Shown: piece by piece, positions 22,297 through 32,131 of the stretch
Layout of the letters: every line of letters begins with the position of its first letter
How positions within the stretch are numbered: position 1 is the stretch's first letter
Assembly (NCBI GenBank): GCA_043813605.1
Contig: JBDRKX010000012.1
Location: forward strand, 1 to 45,732
Direction of reading: 5' to 3'
Origin: Elusimicrobiota bacterium
GTDB lineage: Bacteria; CG03; SLGR01; JBDRKX01
Length of the DNA: 45,732 bases
Notes under the pieces: model-generated
What the model was told of the DNA's origin: nothing
Databases searched by the model: none
What the model saw: the letters and a program-made list of their open reading frames with translations, nothing else
Program-made: the position numbers and the translations under genes

Positions 22297-22587
22297 CTGT
22301 AACCGGTTAAAACTGTTAAACCCGAAAAACTTTCCCGTTACAGGAGAAGCGCCAATCTTTCTTTTTAAAAATATGATAAACCTGCGGTTATCCGGATGAC
22401 TGCAGGAAACAGTTAATAATTTTTTTAGGTATTCCTATTTTCACATAATAATCGTATTCAAAAGACATCTCGACATGTATTGCTTATGTTAAATAAAATA
22501 ATTATTATATAATGCATTGCCGGATGTTTAATCAAAAAATTCTTATTGCCGCGCAAATAGCTCAAAAAACGAACAGTAAAAGGAATA

Positions 22588-23718
22588 ATGGAAAAAATAA
22601 AAACTGCAATAATCGGTGCCGGTGTAGTGGGACTGGCTGTCGCCAGTGAACTCGGCGGTGCGGACGGCACTGTTTTTGTAATAGAAAAAAAAGAGACTTT
22701 TGGAACAGAGACGTCTTCAAGGAACAGTGAGGTTATACACGCCGGTATATATTACCCGAAAAACTCATTAAAGCATCTGTTATGCATAGAAGGCAACAGG
22801 CTTTTATATGAGATATGCGAGAAGACCGGCATAGGCCATAAAAGGACCGGAAAACTCATTGTTGCCCCGACAGCCGGTGAATGCGAAGATCTTAATATCC
22901 TTTATGAGAACGGCCGGGAAAACGAAGTACCCGGACTTAAAATAATATCCGGAGCCGAAGCCCGTGAGTACGAACCGTCTGTCCGGTGCGAGGAAGCGGT
23001 TTTTTCGGAAACGACAGGTATAATAGACACGCACGCGCTGATGAAATATTTTGCCGGATCTGCTTCAGGAAAAGGAGTGGAGATAATATATCATACCGAT
23101 GTTGTTTCGATAGAGAAGGATGCCGGCGGGTATAGGGTAACGGTAAAGGAAAATGACGGCAGTGAGTTTTCTTTTATATCCGAAACCGTTATTAATTCTG
23201 CCGGACTGGATTCGGATATCGTGGCAGAAATGGCCGGAATAAACCCAGATGAAGCGGGATACCGGCTTCATTACTGTAAAGGAAGTTATTTCAGGTTAAA
23301 AAATCCCGCGCGGTTCGGTATCAGCCACCTGGTGTATCCGGCAGTAAAAAAAGGCTCAAAAAGCCTGGGTATACATATAGCCCTGGATCTGTCCGGCGGT
23401 ATAAGGCTCGGGCCTGATGCCGAATATGTTCTGGGGAGGACAAGGGATTTCTCGATCAATGAAGAGGATAGATCCAAGTTCCATGAATCGGTAAGCAATT
23501 TTATCCCGGAAATAGATATTGAAGACCTGTACCCTGATACTGCGGGTATAAGGCCTAAACGGCAGGGACCGGATGACGGTTTCAGGGATTTTATTATTAC
23601 TGACGAGTCGGAAAAAGGCTGTCCCGGATTTATAGATCTAATAGGCATAGAGTCCCCCGGATTGACAGCGGCGCCTGCAATAGCAGAGGCTGTCAAAAAA
23701 CTGATTAAAGACCTATGA
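22588..23718 (+). CDS. FAD-dependent oxidoreductase, L-2-hydroxyglutarate oxidase (LhgO) family
   Basis: GAGVVG, TSSRNSEVIHAGIYY, GIRPK, GIESPGLTA. Confidence 0.9.
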   Translation: MEKIKTAIIGAGVVGLAVASELGGADGTVFVIEKKETFGTETSSRNSEVIHAGIYYPKNSLKHLLCIEGNRLLYEICEKTGIGHKRTGKLIVAPTAGECEDLNILYENGRENEVPGLKIISGAEAREYEPSVRCEEAVFSETTGIIDTHALMKYFAGSASGKGVEIIYHTDVVSIEKDAGGYRVTVKENDGSEFSFISETVINSAGLDSDIVAEMAGINPDEAGYRLHYCKGSYFRLKNPARFGISHLVYPAVKKGSKSLGIHIALDLSGGIRLGPDAEYVLGRTRDFSINEEDRSKFHESVSNFIPEIDIEDLYPDTAGIRPKRQGPDDGFRDFIITDESEKGCPGFIDLIGIESPGLTAAPAIAEAVKKLIKDL

Positions 23719-24632
23719 TCACATTAGTGACCTTTATCGCGGGTATTATCATGCTCTGGATAGGTGCGGGCTGGTTCGTAAAGGGCTCAAAAGGTATTGC
23801 CGAGAGCATGAATATTTCGCCTCTTATGATAGGCCTCACTCTCGGTGCTGTAGGAACATCAATGCCGGAGTTTATGGTATCTACCATGGCGGCCGCTTCG
23901 GGGATGACTGACATATCCCTGGGTAATGTCATAGGTTCCAACATGGCTAATATAGGACTTGCTCTCGGACTGGGTTCTCTTATTTTCCCCGTGCCGGTTG
24001 AAAAAGGAGTCATAAAATACGATTACTGGGTTTTACTCTCTGCGGGAATACTTCTTTATCTTTTTTCTGTAAACGGTACGCTCGGCCGAAGTGAAGGAAT
24101 ACTGTTCATAATACTCTTCATATGTTATTTTGTCTTTCTGGCGGCGAGACATAAATTCTCCACTGATAAAAACCCGGCCGCAAAGAAAAAATATCCGATT
24201 CTAAAGTGTACCGTACTTTTTCTGTCCGGCGCAGCCGGGCTGACCGCAGGCGGTAAACTGATAGTGATGAATGCTGTGAAACTGGCTGAAGTATGGGGCA
24301 TATCGGAAGCTGTGATAGGGATAACGGTTGTTGCCGTAGGAACGTCCCTGCCGGAAATAGCTGTTGTTATTACAGGGGCCCTTAAAAAACAGCCGGAAAT
24401 AAGCATCGGTACCATAGTAGGTTCGAACATAATCAATATTTTTCTTATATCAGGTGTGGCGGCTTCGATCTCTCCTATAGTGATAAAAGGAAGTGAGATA
24501 ATATTCCAGGCACCTGCGGTAGTACTGTTTACGGTACTGCTATTTCCGGTTATAATAGACAGAATGATAAAAAGATATGAGGGCGGGCTGCTTTTTATTT
24601 GTTATGCGGTGTATATTTTCATGTTGTTTTAG
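23715..24632 (+). CDS. Ca2+/Na+ antiporter (YrbG family)
   Basis: Two alpha repeats GTSMPE / GTSLPE with GSN motifs. Confidence 0.92.
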   Translation: MITLVTFIAGIIMLWIGAGWFVKGSKGIAESMNISPLMIGLTLGAVGTSMPEFMVSTMAAASGMTDISLGNVIGSNMANIGLALGLGSLIFPVPVEKGVIKYDYWVLLSAGILLYLFSVNGTLGRSEGILFIILFICYFVFLAARHKFSTDKNPAAKKKYPILKCTVLFLSGAAGLTAGGKLIVMNAVKLAEVWGISEAVIGITVVAVGTSLPEIAVVITGALKKQPEISIGTIVGSNIINIFLISGVAASISPIVIKGSEIIFQAPAVVLFTVLLFPVIIDRMIKRYEGGLLFICYAVYIFMLF

Positions 24633-24660
24633 TGAGAACAGATAACAAGGAGAAGTAATT

Positions 24661-26544
24661 ATGGAAGAAAAATATACGGATATCCTGAAAAGAAAACTTG
24701 AAGCCGTACATTATGATAAATTGATGGCTTTGAACAATGATGAGGTAAATGAGTTTATCGCATATGCTATTGAGCTTTGTGAACCGGAAAGTGTGGTTAT
24801 CGGGGACGATTCTGACGCTGATGCCGATTATTGCCGGCAGCTGGCTATAGATAACAAAGAAGAAATCCCGTTGAACATAAAGGGACATACCGTTCATTTC
24901 GACGGTTATTATGACCAGGCGCGAAAGAAAGAAGTCACCAAGTACCTGGTGCCCGAAGATGAACATCTTGACCCGAAACTTAATCAGGTAGGCCGGACTG
25001 AAGGACTTAAGGAACTGGAAGATTTCCAGCGGGGCGCTTATAGAGGCCGCGTCATGCTGGTACGTTTCTATTGTCTGGGTCCCACGGATTCTATATTTGC
25101 CATACCCTGTCTTCAGATAACAGATTCGGCTTATGTCGCGCATAGTGAGGATATACTCTATAGAAGGGGTTATGAAGAATTCCGACGTCAGAGCCGGAAC
25201 CCGAATTTCGAGTTTTTTAAATTCCGTCATGCCACAGGCGAAGTAGACGAAAGGATGACGAGTAAAAACTATGAAAAGAACAGGGTCTACATGGATTACA
25301 TCCACAACACAGTATACTCGGTAAACACCCAGTACGCCGGGAACACCGTGGGACTAAAAAAACTTTCCCTTAGACTGGCGATACGCAAAGCCGACCGTGA
25401 GGGCTGGCTTGCTGAACATATGTTTATTATGCGTTCAAACGGCCCTGGCGGCCGTAAGACTTACCTGTGCGGCGCTTATCCTTCAGCATGCGGCAAAACG
25501 TCTACTGCTATGATACCGGGCGAGAATATAGTAGGTGACGACCTGGCTTATTTCAGGATCATTGACGGCGAATTCCGTGCCGTTAACGTGGAATCAGGTA
25601 TCTTCGGCATAATTCAGGATGTTAACGCGGAAGGAGATCCTGTTATATGGGATGTGCTCCACAGGGAGGGGGAAGTTATCTTCAGCAACTTACTGGTAAA
25701 CGGCGGCCGGCCGTACTGGCTCGGTATGGGCGAAAATATTCCGGATTCGGGTACTAATCATGTGAGCCTGGAATGGAAAAAAGGGATGAAAGGCCCGGAT
25801 GATAAAGATACGACTCCGAGTCATAAGAATGCCCGGTACACCATACGTATCTGTGATCTGGAGAACAAGGATGAAGCCTGGGACGCGTCTAACGGTCTTC
25901 CTGTGGGAGGACTAATCTACGGCGGCCGTGACAGCGATACCAATGTACCGGTACGGGAAGCTTACAGCTGGGAACATGGTATATGTACAATGGGCGCTAT
26001 GCTCGAATCAGAGACTACTTCTGCTACGATCGGCCAGGAAGGTGTGCGGAAATGGAATGTGATGAGTAATATGGATTTTCTCTCAATGTCTGTAGGGAAG
26101 TATCTGAAAAACAACCTGGATTTTGCGGCGGATATAGAGCGCCCCAAGATCTTCGGCGTCAATTATTTCCTTAAGAAAGACGGTAATTATCTGAACGGCA
26201 TGCTGGATAAGGCTGTATGGGTAAAATGGATGGAACTGCGTGTAAACCGGGAAGCAGACGGTATAGATACGCCTGTCGGTATTATTCCCAGATATGAAGA
26301 TCTGAAGAGACTGTTTAAAGAAGTTCTTGACAAAGAATATTCTGAGGCGGAATATAACGAGCAATTCGTTTTGAGAGTACCGGAAAACCTGGCTAAACTC
26401 GAAAGGATGAAAGAAATATACAAGACGAAAGTCCCTGATGCCCCCGGCATACTGTTCGAGTGTCTTAATGAGCAGGAAGAGAAACTCAAAAAAGTTGCAG
26501 AGATCCACGGTGACTATATAGAACCGGCAAAATTGCTCAAATAA
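24661..26544 (+). CDS. pckG: Phosphoenolpyruvate carboxykinase (GTP)
   Basis: WLAEHM, PSACGKTSTAM, VGDDLA, SHKNARY, YGGRD. Confidence 0.95.
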   Translation: MEEKYTDILKRKLEAVHYDKLMALNNDEVNEFIAYAIELCEPESVVIGDDSDADADYCRQLAIDNKEEIPLNIKGHTVHFDGYYDQARKKEVTKYLVPEDEHLDPKLNQVGRTEGLKELEDFQRGAYRGRVMLVRFYCLGPTDSIFAIPCLQITDSAYVAHSEDILYRRGYEEFRRQSRNPNFEFFKFRHATGEVDERMTSKNYEKNRVYMDYIHNTVYSVNTQYAGNTVGLKKLSLRLAIRKADREGWLAEHMFIMRSNGPGGRKTYLCGAYPSACGKTSTAMIPGENIVGDDLAYFRIIDGEFRAVNVESGIFGIIQDVNAEGDPVIWDVLHREGEVIFSNLLVNGGRPYWLGMGENIPDSGTNHVSLEWKKGMKGPDDKDTTPSHKNARYTIRICDLENKDEAWDASNGLPVGGLIYGGRDSDTNVPVREAYSWEHGICTMGAMLESETTSATIGQEGVRKWNVMSNMDFLSMSVGKYLKNNLDFAADIERPKIFGVNYFLKKDGNYLNGMLDKAVWVKWMELRVNREADGIDTPVGIIPRYEDLKRLFKEVLDKEYSEAEYNEQFVLRVPENLAKLERMKEIYKTKVPDAPGILFECLNEQEEKLKKVAEIHGDYIEPAKLLK

Positions 26545-26552
26545 GGCAGATC

Positions 26553-27308
26553 TTGAGCATGAATACTTCGGGACTCTTTGATTCACATGCTCATCTGCTT
26601 GACAGCAGATTCAAAGACGATGTGACAAATATCACAGAAGGGCTCCGGGGTGTAGTCTGTATCTGTCAGCCGGATGAGGATATGGATCTTTTCAGGCAGC
26701 TGCTTTTGGAAGAGAATGTGTGGGGTGCAGCCGGCATACACCCGCATGATGCCCGCAAAGCAGAGTCCATATGGCATTTACTGGAAAGTACCCTCAGTAT
26801 GAAAAAAGTAGTAGCCGTGGGAGAAATAGGCCTGGATTTCTATTATGATAATTCTCCCCGGGACAAACAGGAGGAAGTGTTCCGGATGCAGCTGGAGCTG
26901 GCCCGGAATATGGATCTGCCGGCAGTTGTCCATTCAAGGAATGCCGCAAAAGAAACATTTTCGATACTGGATTCTGCGGGTGCCGAAAGAGTGCTCATAC
27001 ATTGTTTTTCAGGGAATCCGGATGAAATGCAGGAAGCTGTAAAAAAAGGTTACTATATATCGATGGGCGGGGTAGTCACATTTCCTAAGGCTGATACAGC
27101 AAGGGAAGTTGTCAGTGAAGTGCCGTTTGACAGGCTTCTTATTGAGACAGACTGCCCGTATCTTGCTCCGGAACCTGTAAGAGGCAGGAGAAACGAGCCT
27201 TCATATATAAAATATGTGGCTGAGAAGATAGCCGAGATCAGGAAAGTGTCGTATGAAAGGGTGGCTGAAAGAACTGCGGACAATACGATGAAATTTTTCA
27301 GGATATAG
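26553..27308 (+). CDS. tatD: TatD-family deoxyribonuclease
   Basis: DSHAHL, GIHPH, GEIGLD, HSR, HCFSG, ETDCPYL. Confidence 0.93.
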   Translation: MSMNTSGLFDSHAHLLDSRFKDDVTNITEGLRGVVCICQPDEDMDLFRQLLLEENVWGAAGIHPHDARKAESIWHLLESTLSMKKVVAVGEIGLDFYYDNSPRDKQEEVFRMQLELARNMDLPAVVHSRNAAKETFSILDSAGAERVLIHCFSGNPDEMQEAVKKGYYISMGGVVTFPKADTAREVVSEVPFDRLLIETDCPYLAPEPVRGRRNEPSYIKYVAEKIAEIRKVSYERVAERTADNTMKFFRI

Positions 27309-27336
27309 ATATTTATACAGTATATAAGGAGGAAAA

Positions 27337-27549
27337 ATGCCCAGAGAATGCAATGAAGAAAGAAATATGAAGATATGCAATTGTTCGTATGAACCGTGTT
27401 CCCGTAAAGGTATCTGCTGTGAATGTATAACTTACCATAAGCAGATGAATGAGGTGCCGGCCTGTTTTTTTTCGGACAAGGCAGAGAAAAGTTATGACCG
27501 TTCGGTAGAGAATTTTATAGAGGACTATAAAAAAAGAGGCTGTTTATAA
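27337..27549 (+). CDS. Small Cys-rich protein (DUF6485-like)
   Basis: [20 protein letters not shown]...PACFF. Strong AGGAGG RBS. Confidence 0.75.
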   Translation: MPRECNEERNMKICNCSYEPCSRKGICCECITYHKQMNEVPACFFSDKAEKSYDRSVENFIEDYKKRGCL

Positions 27550-27641
27550 GGCAGATTATAAGCGGCAATACCTGTGTGTGCCGGATCGGGCGGAAACCCC
27601 GTCAGGGACAACAGGAAGAAACAGGTTGATGGATAAAAACA

Positions 27642-28133
27642 ATGAAGCATTTTAAATACTGTCCCATGTGCAAGACAGAACTTGTAAAGGAAGAAGTATG
27701 CGGGATCGAAAGGTTGTTGTGCAGTGATTGCGGCTGGATAAACTATATCAATCCTCTGCCTGCTGTCGCCTGTGTTGTCAGGGACGGTGAAGGAAGAATA
27801 CTTCTTGTAAAACGCGCGGCAGAACCGGAAGCCGGCAAATGGTCGCTCCCGGCGGGATTTATAGAACTCGGTGAATCACCTGCAGAAGCTGCCATGAGGG
27901 AACTTAAAGAAGAAACCGGACTGGATGGAACAGAACCCAGTCTGATAGGGGTCTATTCGGATAGGAGCAGTATATACGGCGGTATCCTTACCATAGGATA
28001 CCTTTTTACGCATATCTGCGGCGATCTTGCTGCCGGAGATGATGCAAGTGACGTTAAATTCACAGTTATAGAGAATATAGATAATATTCCTTTCAGGAGT
28101 CACAGGATTCTGCTGCGGGAGTCCGGCGTATGA
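27642..28133 (+). CDS. NUDIX hydrolase with N-terminal zinc ribbon
   Basis: CPMC...CSDC, Nudix box GFIELGESPAEAAMRELKEETG. Confidence 0.92.
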   Translation: MKHFKYCPMCKTELVKEEVCGIERLLCSDCGWINYINPLPAVACVVRDGEGRILLVKRAAEPEAGKWSLPAGFIELGESPAEAAMRELKEETGLDGTEPSLIGVYSDRSSIYGGILTIGYLFTHICGDLAAGDDASDVKFTVIENIDNIPFRSHRILLRESGV

Positions 28134-29080
28134 AATACAACCATATATTCGGCCCTGTACCTTCAAGGCGCCTGGGGCTTTCGCTGGGAGTGGATCTTGT
28201 ACCGCATAAAACATGTTCTTTTGATTGTATATATTGCGAATGCGGACCTACAATACAGCATACCTGCAAAAGAGGATTATATGTGGATCCCGATGAAGTA
28301 ATAGAGGAGCTCAGGTCTTTCCTTTCAGGTAGTCCGGAACTGGATTATATAACTTTTTCCGGCGCCGGGGAACCGACGCTTAACAGCGGTATAGGAAAAG
28401 TCGTGGATTTTATCAAGGATAATTATTCCGGATACCGGCTGGCCCTCCTTACTAACGCGAGTCTCTTATCTGAAAAAGAAGTAAGGGACGAGATAAAGAG
28501 ATGCGATCTGATAATACCGTCGGTAGATGCCGTATCGCCGGACCTGTTTGAAAGTATAAATAATCCGGCATCCGGAATAGATATAAGGGAGATACTCAAA
28601 GGTATAGAGTTACTGAAAAAAGAGACCGCGGCAGACATATGGGTAGAGATCTTTGTCGTACCCGGGATGAATGATTCCGAAGAAGAGTTAACAGTACTAA
28701 AAAAAGCACTATTGAAAATACAGCCTGATCTGGTGCAGCTGAATACGCTTGACCGGCCTGGAGTAATAGCGTCTATTTTCCCCGTTGATAAAAAAGGCTT
28801 GGAAAGAATACGGGAATTCTTAAACCCTCTGCCGGTGGGAATTGTCGGGATCCCTGATGATATCGCATGTTCCGGCCCTGTTTCCCACGAGGGGATCGAG
28901 GACCGGATACTGGCCCTTATAGGCCGCCGCCCGTGTACTGTTGATGATCTTTCTGCGGCTCTCGGCCTGAAAAAAATGCACCTGTTAAAGTATTTGCGCC
29001 GGTTTGAAAAATGTGATAGAATAATCCCTGAAAAGAAGGAAAGAGGAGTATTTTATATACTAAAAAAAGATGGAAGATAA
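28130..29080 (+). CDS. Radical SAM protein (COG0731-like)
   Basis: FGPVPSRRLGLSLGVDL, CSFDCIYC, GEPTL, C-terminal winged-helix-like RRPCT segment. Confidence 0.9.
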   Translation: MKYNHIFGPVPSRRLGLSLGVDLVPHKTCSFDCIYCECGPTIQHTCKRGLYVDPDEVIEELRSFLSGSPELDYITFSGAGEPTLNSGIGKVVDFIKDNYSGYRLALLTNASLLSEKEVRDEIKRCDLIIPSVDAVSPDLFESINNPASGIDIREILKGIELLKKETAADIWVEIFVVPGMNDSEEELTVLKKALLKIQPDLVQLNTLDRPGVIASIFPVDKKGLERIREFLNPLPVGIVGIPDDIACSGPVSHEGIEDRILALIGRRPCTVDDLSAALGLKKMHLLKYLRRFEKCDRIIPEKKERGVFYILKKDGR

Positions 29081-29996
29081 CAAAAAGAAAAACAGCAGTC
29101 CAAAAAAGAAAAAAACGGAAGTAACCGGAGCTCTCGGATTTGTCGAAACAAGAGGTAAGACCGCGGCTATAGGGGCGATGGATATTATGCCCAAGACCGC
29201 CGAGGTGGCTTTTACAAAAAGAGTCAATATAGGCAGCGGGCTTGTAACAGTCATCTATTCCGGGGAAGTGGCTGCTGTCGAGTCTGCCGTTTCGGTTGCG
29301 GCAAGGCTTTCTGAAAAAATAGGTACCCTTGTATCAACCAATGTTATACCCAGACCGCACAAACGGATATATGAGATACTGGAGCAGCGCTCGGGAGAAG
29401 AATCGGATACCGGTATCTCTGAAGAAAAAAAACTTGCGTTAGGTATGGTTGAAACCGAAGGATTTACAGAGATGATTGCTGCAGCGGATGAAGGCATTAA
29501 GGCGGCGCATGTGGTTATACCCGGCTGGGTCACTGTCGGCGGCGGGCTCACATGTGTGTTTTTCAGGGGAAAAGTGGCGGCAGTCCATTCTGCGGTCGAA
29601 GCCGGTGTGATCCAAGCAGAAAGAAAAGGCAAAGTATCGGCCGCGCATGTAATAGCCAGTCCTCATGTCGGTACTGAAGAAGTGGCCCCAATAGGTGTAT
29701 TCAGAGGTGAGAGCGTATTGAGAAAAACCGATTGGGATGCGGCTCTCGGGATACTTGAAACACAGGGGATAGCGGCTCTCATAGAAGGTATTGATGCCGG
29801 GCTCAAGGCTGCCAGTGTCACTGTCCAGGGTTGGGAAAAAATAGGCCGCGGTATTACATCTACTCTTTTCAGGGGAAACGTCGCTGATGTGAAGTCAGCC
29901 CTTGATGCTGCATGTGCCGGTGCCGGTAAAGTCGGGAAAGTAGTTGGAGAATACATTATCGCCCGGCCGCATTCGGAACTGGAAAAGGGAAGGTGA
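29070..29996 (+). CDS. Bacterial microcompartment shell protein with three tandem BMC domains
   Basis: Three repeats ALG(F/M/I)(V/L)ET.G...D...K.A.V...G.G...G.VA.V.SA, ending in IPRPH / IASPH / IARPH. Confidence 0.9.
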   Translation: MEDNKKKNSSPKKKKTEVTGALGFVETRGKTAAIGAMDIMPKTAEVAFTKRVNIGSGLVTVIYSGEVAAVESAVSVAARLSEKIGTLVSTNVIPRPHKRIYEILEQRSGEESDTGISEEKKLALGMVETEGFTEMIAAADEGIKAAHVVIPGWVTVGGGLTCVFFRGKVAAVHSAVEAGVIQAERKGKVSAAHVIASPHVGTEEVAPIGVFRGESVLRKTDWDAALGILETQGIAALIEGIDAGLKAASVTVQGWEKIGRGITSTLFRGNVADVKSALDAACAGAGKVGKVVGEYIIARPHSELEKGR

Positions 29997-30667
29997 CAAG
30001 GGGGCAGATAAGGGAAAATGTCCGGGAAGTACTTTCCGAACTTCCCGAAGGCATCAGGCTTGTAGCGGCCTGTAAAACGCGGACGGCAGAAGAGATCCAG
30101 CAAGCCGTTGAAGCCGGTATAACAATCATAGGCGAAAACCATATCCAGGAAGCCGAAAGATCATTCCATAATATAGAAGGTGATATCAAATGGCATTTTA
30201 TAGGCCACCTTCAGAAGAACAAGGTAAAAAAAGCAGTAAAGATATTTGATATGATAGAATCTCTTGATTCTCCTGAACTTGCCCGGATCATAGACAAAGA
30301 ATGCCGTAAGATAGACAAGATAATGGAATGCCTGGTTGAAGTTAACAGCGGCCGGGAAGATAATAAATACGGTTTTATGCCTGAAGATGTAGAGGGATTC
30401 ATCCTGGAAGCAAAGGATCTTTTGAACATAAGGATCTCCGGGCTCATGACTATGGGTCCGTTTATGGGTACGCCGGAAGAGTTCCGGCCTTATTTCAGTC
30501 TTACAAGGAAACTTTTTGAAGATATAAAAGAAAAGAAGATACCGTCCTGTGAAATGAAATACCTTTCCATGGGCATGTCAGCTTCATATAAGACAGCTAT
30601 TGAAGAAGGCGCAAATATGGTGAGAATAGGAACGCGCCTCTTCGGGTTCAGGGACTATTCCTGCTGA
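29993..30667 (+). CDS. yggS: PLP homeostasis protein YggS/PLPBP
   Basis: VAACKT, GEN, WHFIGHLQKNK, GLMTMG, LSMGMS, VRIGT. Confidence 0.95.
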   Translation: MTRGQIRENVREVLSELPEGIRLVAACKTRTAEEIQQAVEAGITIIGENHIQEAERSFHNIEGDIKWHFIGHLQKNKVKKAVKIFDMIESLDSPELARIIDKECRKIDKIMECLVEVNSGREDNKYGFMPEDVEGFILEAKDLLNIRISGLMTMGPFMGTPEEFRPYFSLTRKLFEDIKEKKIPSCEMKYLSMGMSASYKTAIEEGANMVRIGTRLFGFRDYSC

Positions 30668-30687
30668 CAAGTTAAAAACATCTCTTT

Positions 30688-30722
30688 TTGACTCAGACCG
30701 TTATATTATTTAAAATATAACG
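30688..30722 (+). promoter_or_regulatory. Promoter with overlapping ModE-type operator
   Basis: TTGACT-17 nt-TAAAAT. Palindrome CGTTATATT-N6-AATATAACG at 30699-30722. Confidence 0.8.
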
Positions 30723-30738
30723 AACCGGATCAATAATC

Positions 30739-31101
30739 ATGAAAATAGAGAAATCAAAATATATGTAAAGGGAGCATCGGAAAAACCGTTCCTCGGACAG
30801 GGGCCTGTACAATTGCTCGAAAAGATAGGCCGCATAGGTTCGGTAAGAAAAGCAGCGATCCAGATGAACATGTCGTATTCAAAGGCGCATTCCATGATTG
30901 TAAGGATGGAGAAAGAGATCGGGGAACAGTCTGCTTGAAAGGAATATAGGCGGCAGAGGCGGCGGCGGGGCACGGCTGACTCCTGCTGCTTTTGAGCTGG
31001 TCAGGGGGTACAGGGAACTCAAATCCGGCATAAAACAGGATTCCGGCAAAAAATTCAGGTTTTTACAGGAAAAGATCGAAAATATAGGAAAAAATGCATA
31101 A
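30739..31101 (+). pseudogene. modE: ModE-like winged-HTH regulator with two frameshifts
   Basis: Fragments IKIYVKG..FLGQGPVQLLEKI...GSVRKAAIQMNMSYSKAH..IVRMEKEIG and LLERNIGGRGGGGARLT lie in different frames (shifts near 30750 and 30930). Confidence 0.8.
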
Positions 31102-32131
31102 ACCGCGTCAAAACAGGTTTAAGACCGTTAAAGTGGAAGATTCGGTCGGAAAGATCATAATGCATGACATAACATGCATCATTCCGGGCGAATTTAAAGG
31201 TCCTGTTTTTAAAAAGGGGCATATAGTTTCCGGAGAAGACATCGGAAAACTTAAAGACCTGGGCAAGGATAACCTGTATATTTTCGATATATCACAGGAA
31301 GAATACCATGAAGACGAGGCGGCCGAAATCTTCAAAGCCTTTGCGGGTGAAAACGTGAGCGCAGCCGGTCCGGCTGAAGGAAAAGTAGTATTTTCATCGG
31401 AAGTTGACGGGCTGGTAAAGATCGACCGCGAAAAAATAGATGCCATCAATAACATCCGGGACATAGTTTTTACAACAATACATTCCGGTATCCCGGTATT
31501 CAGTAAAGATAAGATAGCAGGTATAAGGATAGTTCCGCTTGTGGTAAGAAAAGAGTATGTGGACAAAGCTGTGTTATATGCTGACGATGTCCTCTTATCA
31601 GTATCTCCTTTTAGAGAAAAAAAAGTCGGACTGGCTGTTACCGGTAACGAGGTCGCGAGCGGCCGGATAAAAGACGGGTTCCGTCCCCGCATAGAAAAAA
31701 AGATCTCCGCATACGGGAGTACGGTAACGGAGTTCGCGATAATAGAAGATGATCCTGAAAAATTAAAGAAAAAAATATTTGATATGGCAGAAAAAGGCTG
31801 TGAACTGATAATATTGACAGGAGGGATGTCAGTCGATCCTGATGATACGACAAAGACCGCAATCGCTTCAGCCGGAGTAGATGTCGTATCATATGGGGTA
31901 CCTGTGCTTCCCGGCAACATGTTCATGGCCGGGTATCTCGGTGATATCCCTGTTTTGGGGGTGCCTGCATGCGCTCTTTTTTTTGAAGTAACCGTACTGG
32001 ATCTTTTCCTGCCGTATGTCTTTTCCGATACAAGGATAACCGAAAACGATATGAAAGGCAGAGGATACGGCGGGTACTGCAGGCATTGTGATATATGTAT
32101 ATTCCCGCGTTGCGGTTTCGGAAAATGCTGA
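31094..32131 (+). CDS. MoeA-related molybdopterin-binding protein
   Basis: HDIT.I.PG.FKG, TGNE, TGGMSVDPDD, PVLPGNMF, C-terminal CRHC..C.FP.CGFGK. Confidence 0.85.
   Translation: MHKPRQNRFKTVKVEDSVGKIIMHDITCIIPGEFKGPVFKKGHIVSGEDIGKLKDLGKDNLYIFDISQEEYHEDEAAEIFKAFAGENVSAAGPAEGKVVFSSEVDGLVKIDREKIDAINNIRDIVFTTIHSGIPVFSKDKIAGIRIVPLVVRKEYVDKAVLYADDVLLSVSPFREKKVGLAVTGNEVASGRIKDGFRPRIEKKISAYGSTVTEFAIIEDDPEKLKKKIFDMAEKGCELIILTGGMSVDPDDTTKTAIASAGVDVVSYGVPVLPGNMFMAGYLGDIPVLGVPACALFFEVTVLDLFLPYVFSDTRITENDMKGRGYGGYCRHCDICIFPRCGFGKC

Noticed and set aside
22381..22406. Long hairpin CCTGCGGTTATC-CG-GATGACTGCAGG after the envelope operon
   Set aside because: No U-tract on the plus strand and single copy. 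Function is not supportable beyond a possible stability or termination stem.
27560..27630. GC-rich intergenic stretch with CCTGT...ACAGG pairing and a GGAAAC loop, possible riboswitch or SRP RNA
   Set aside because: I could not match the conserved cores of SRP, c-di-GMP or other known RNAs. An Rfam search would be needed.
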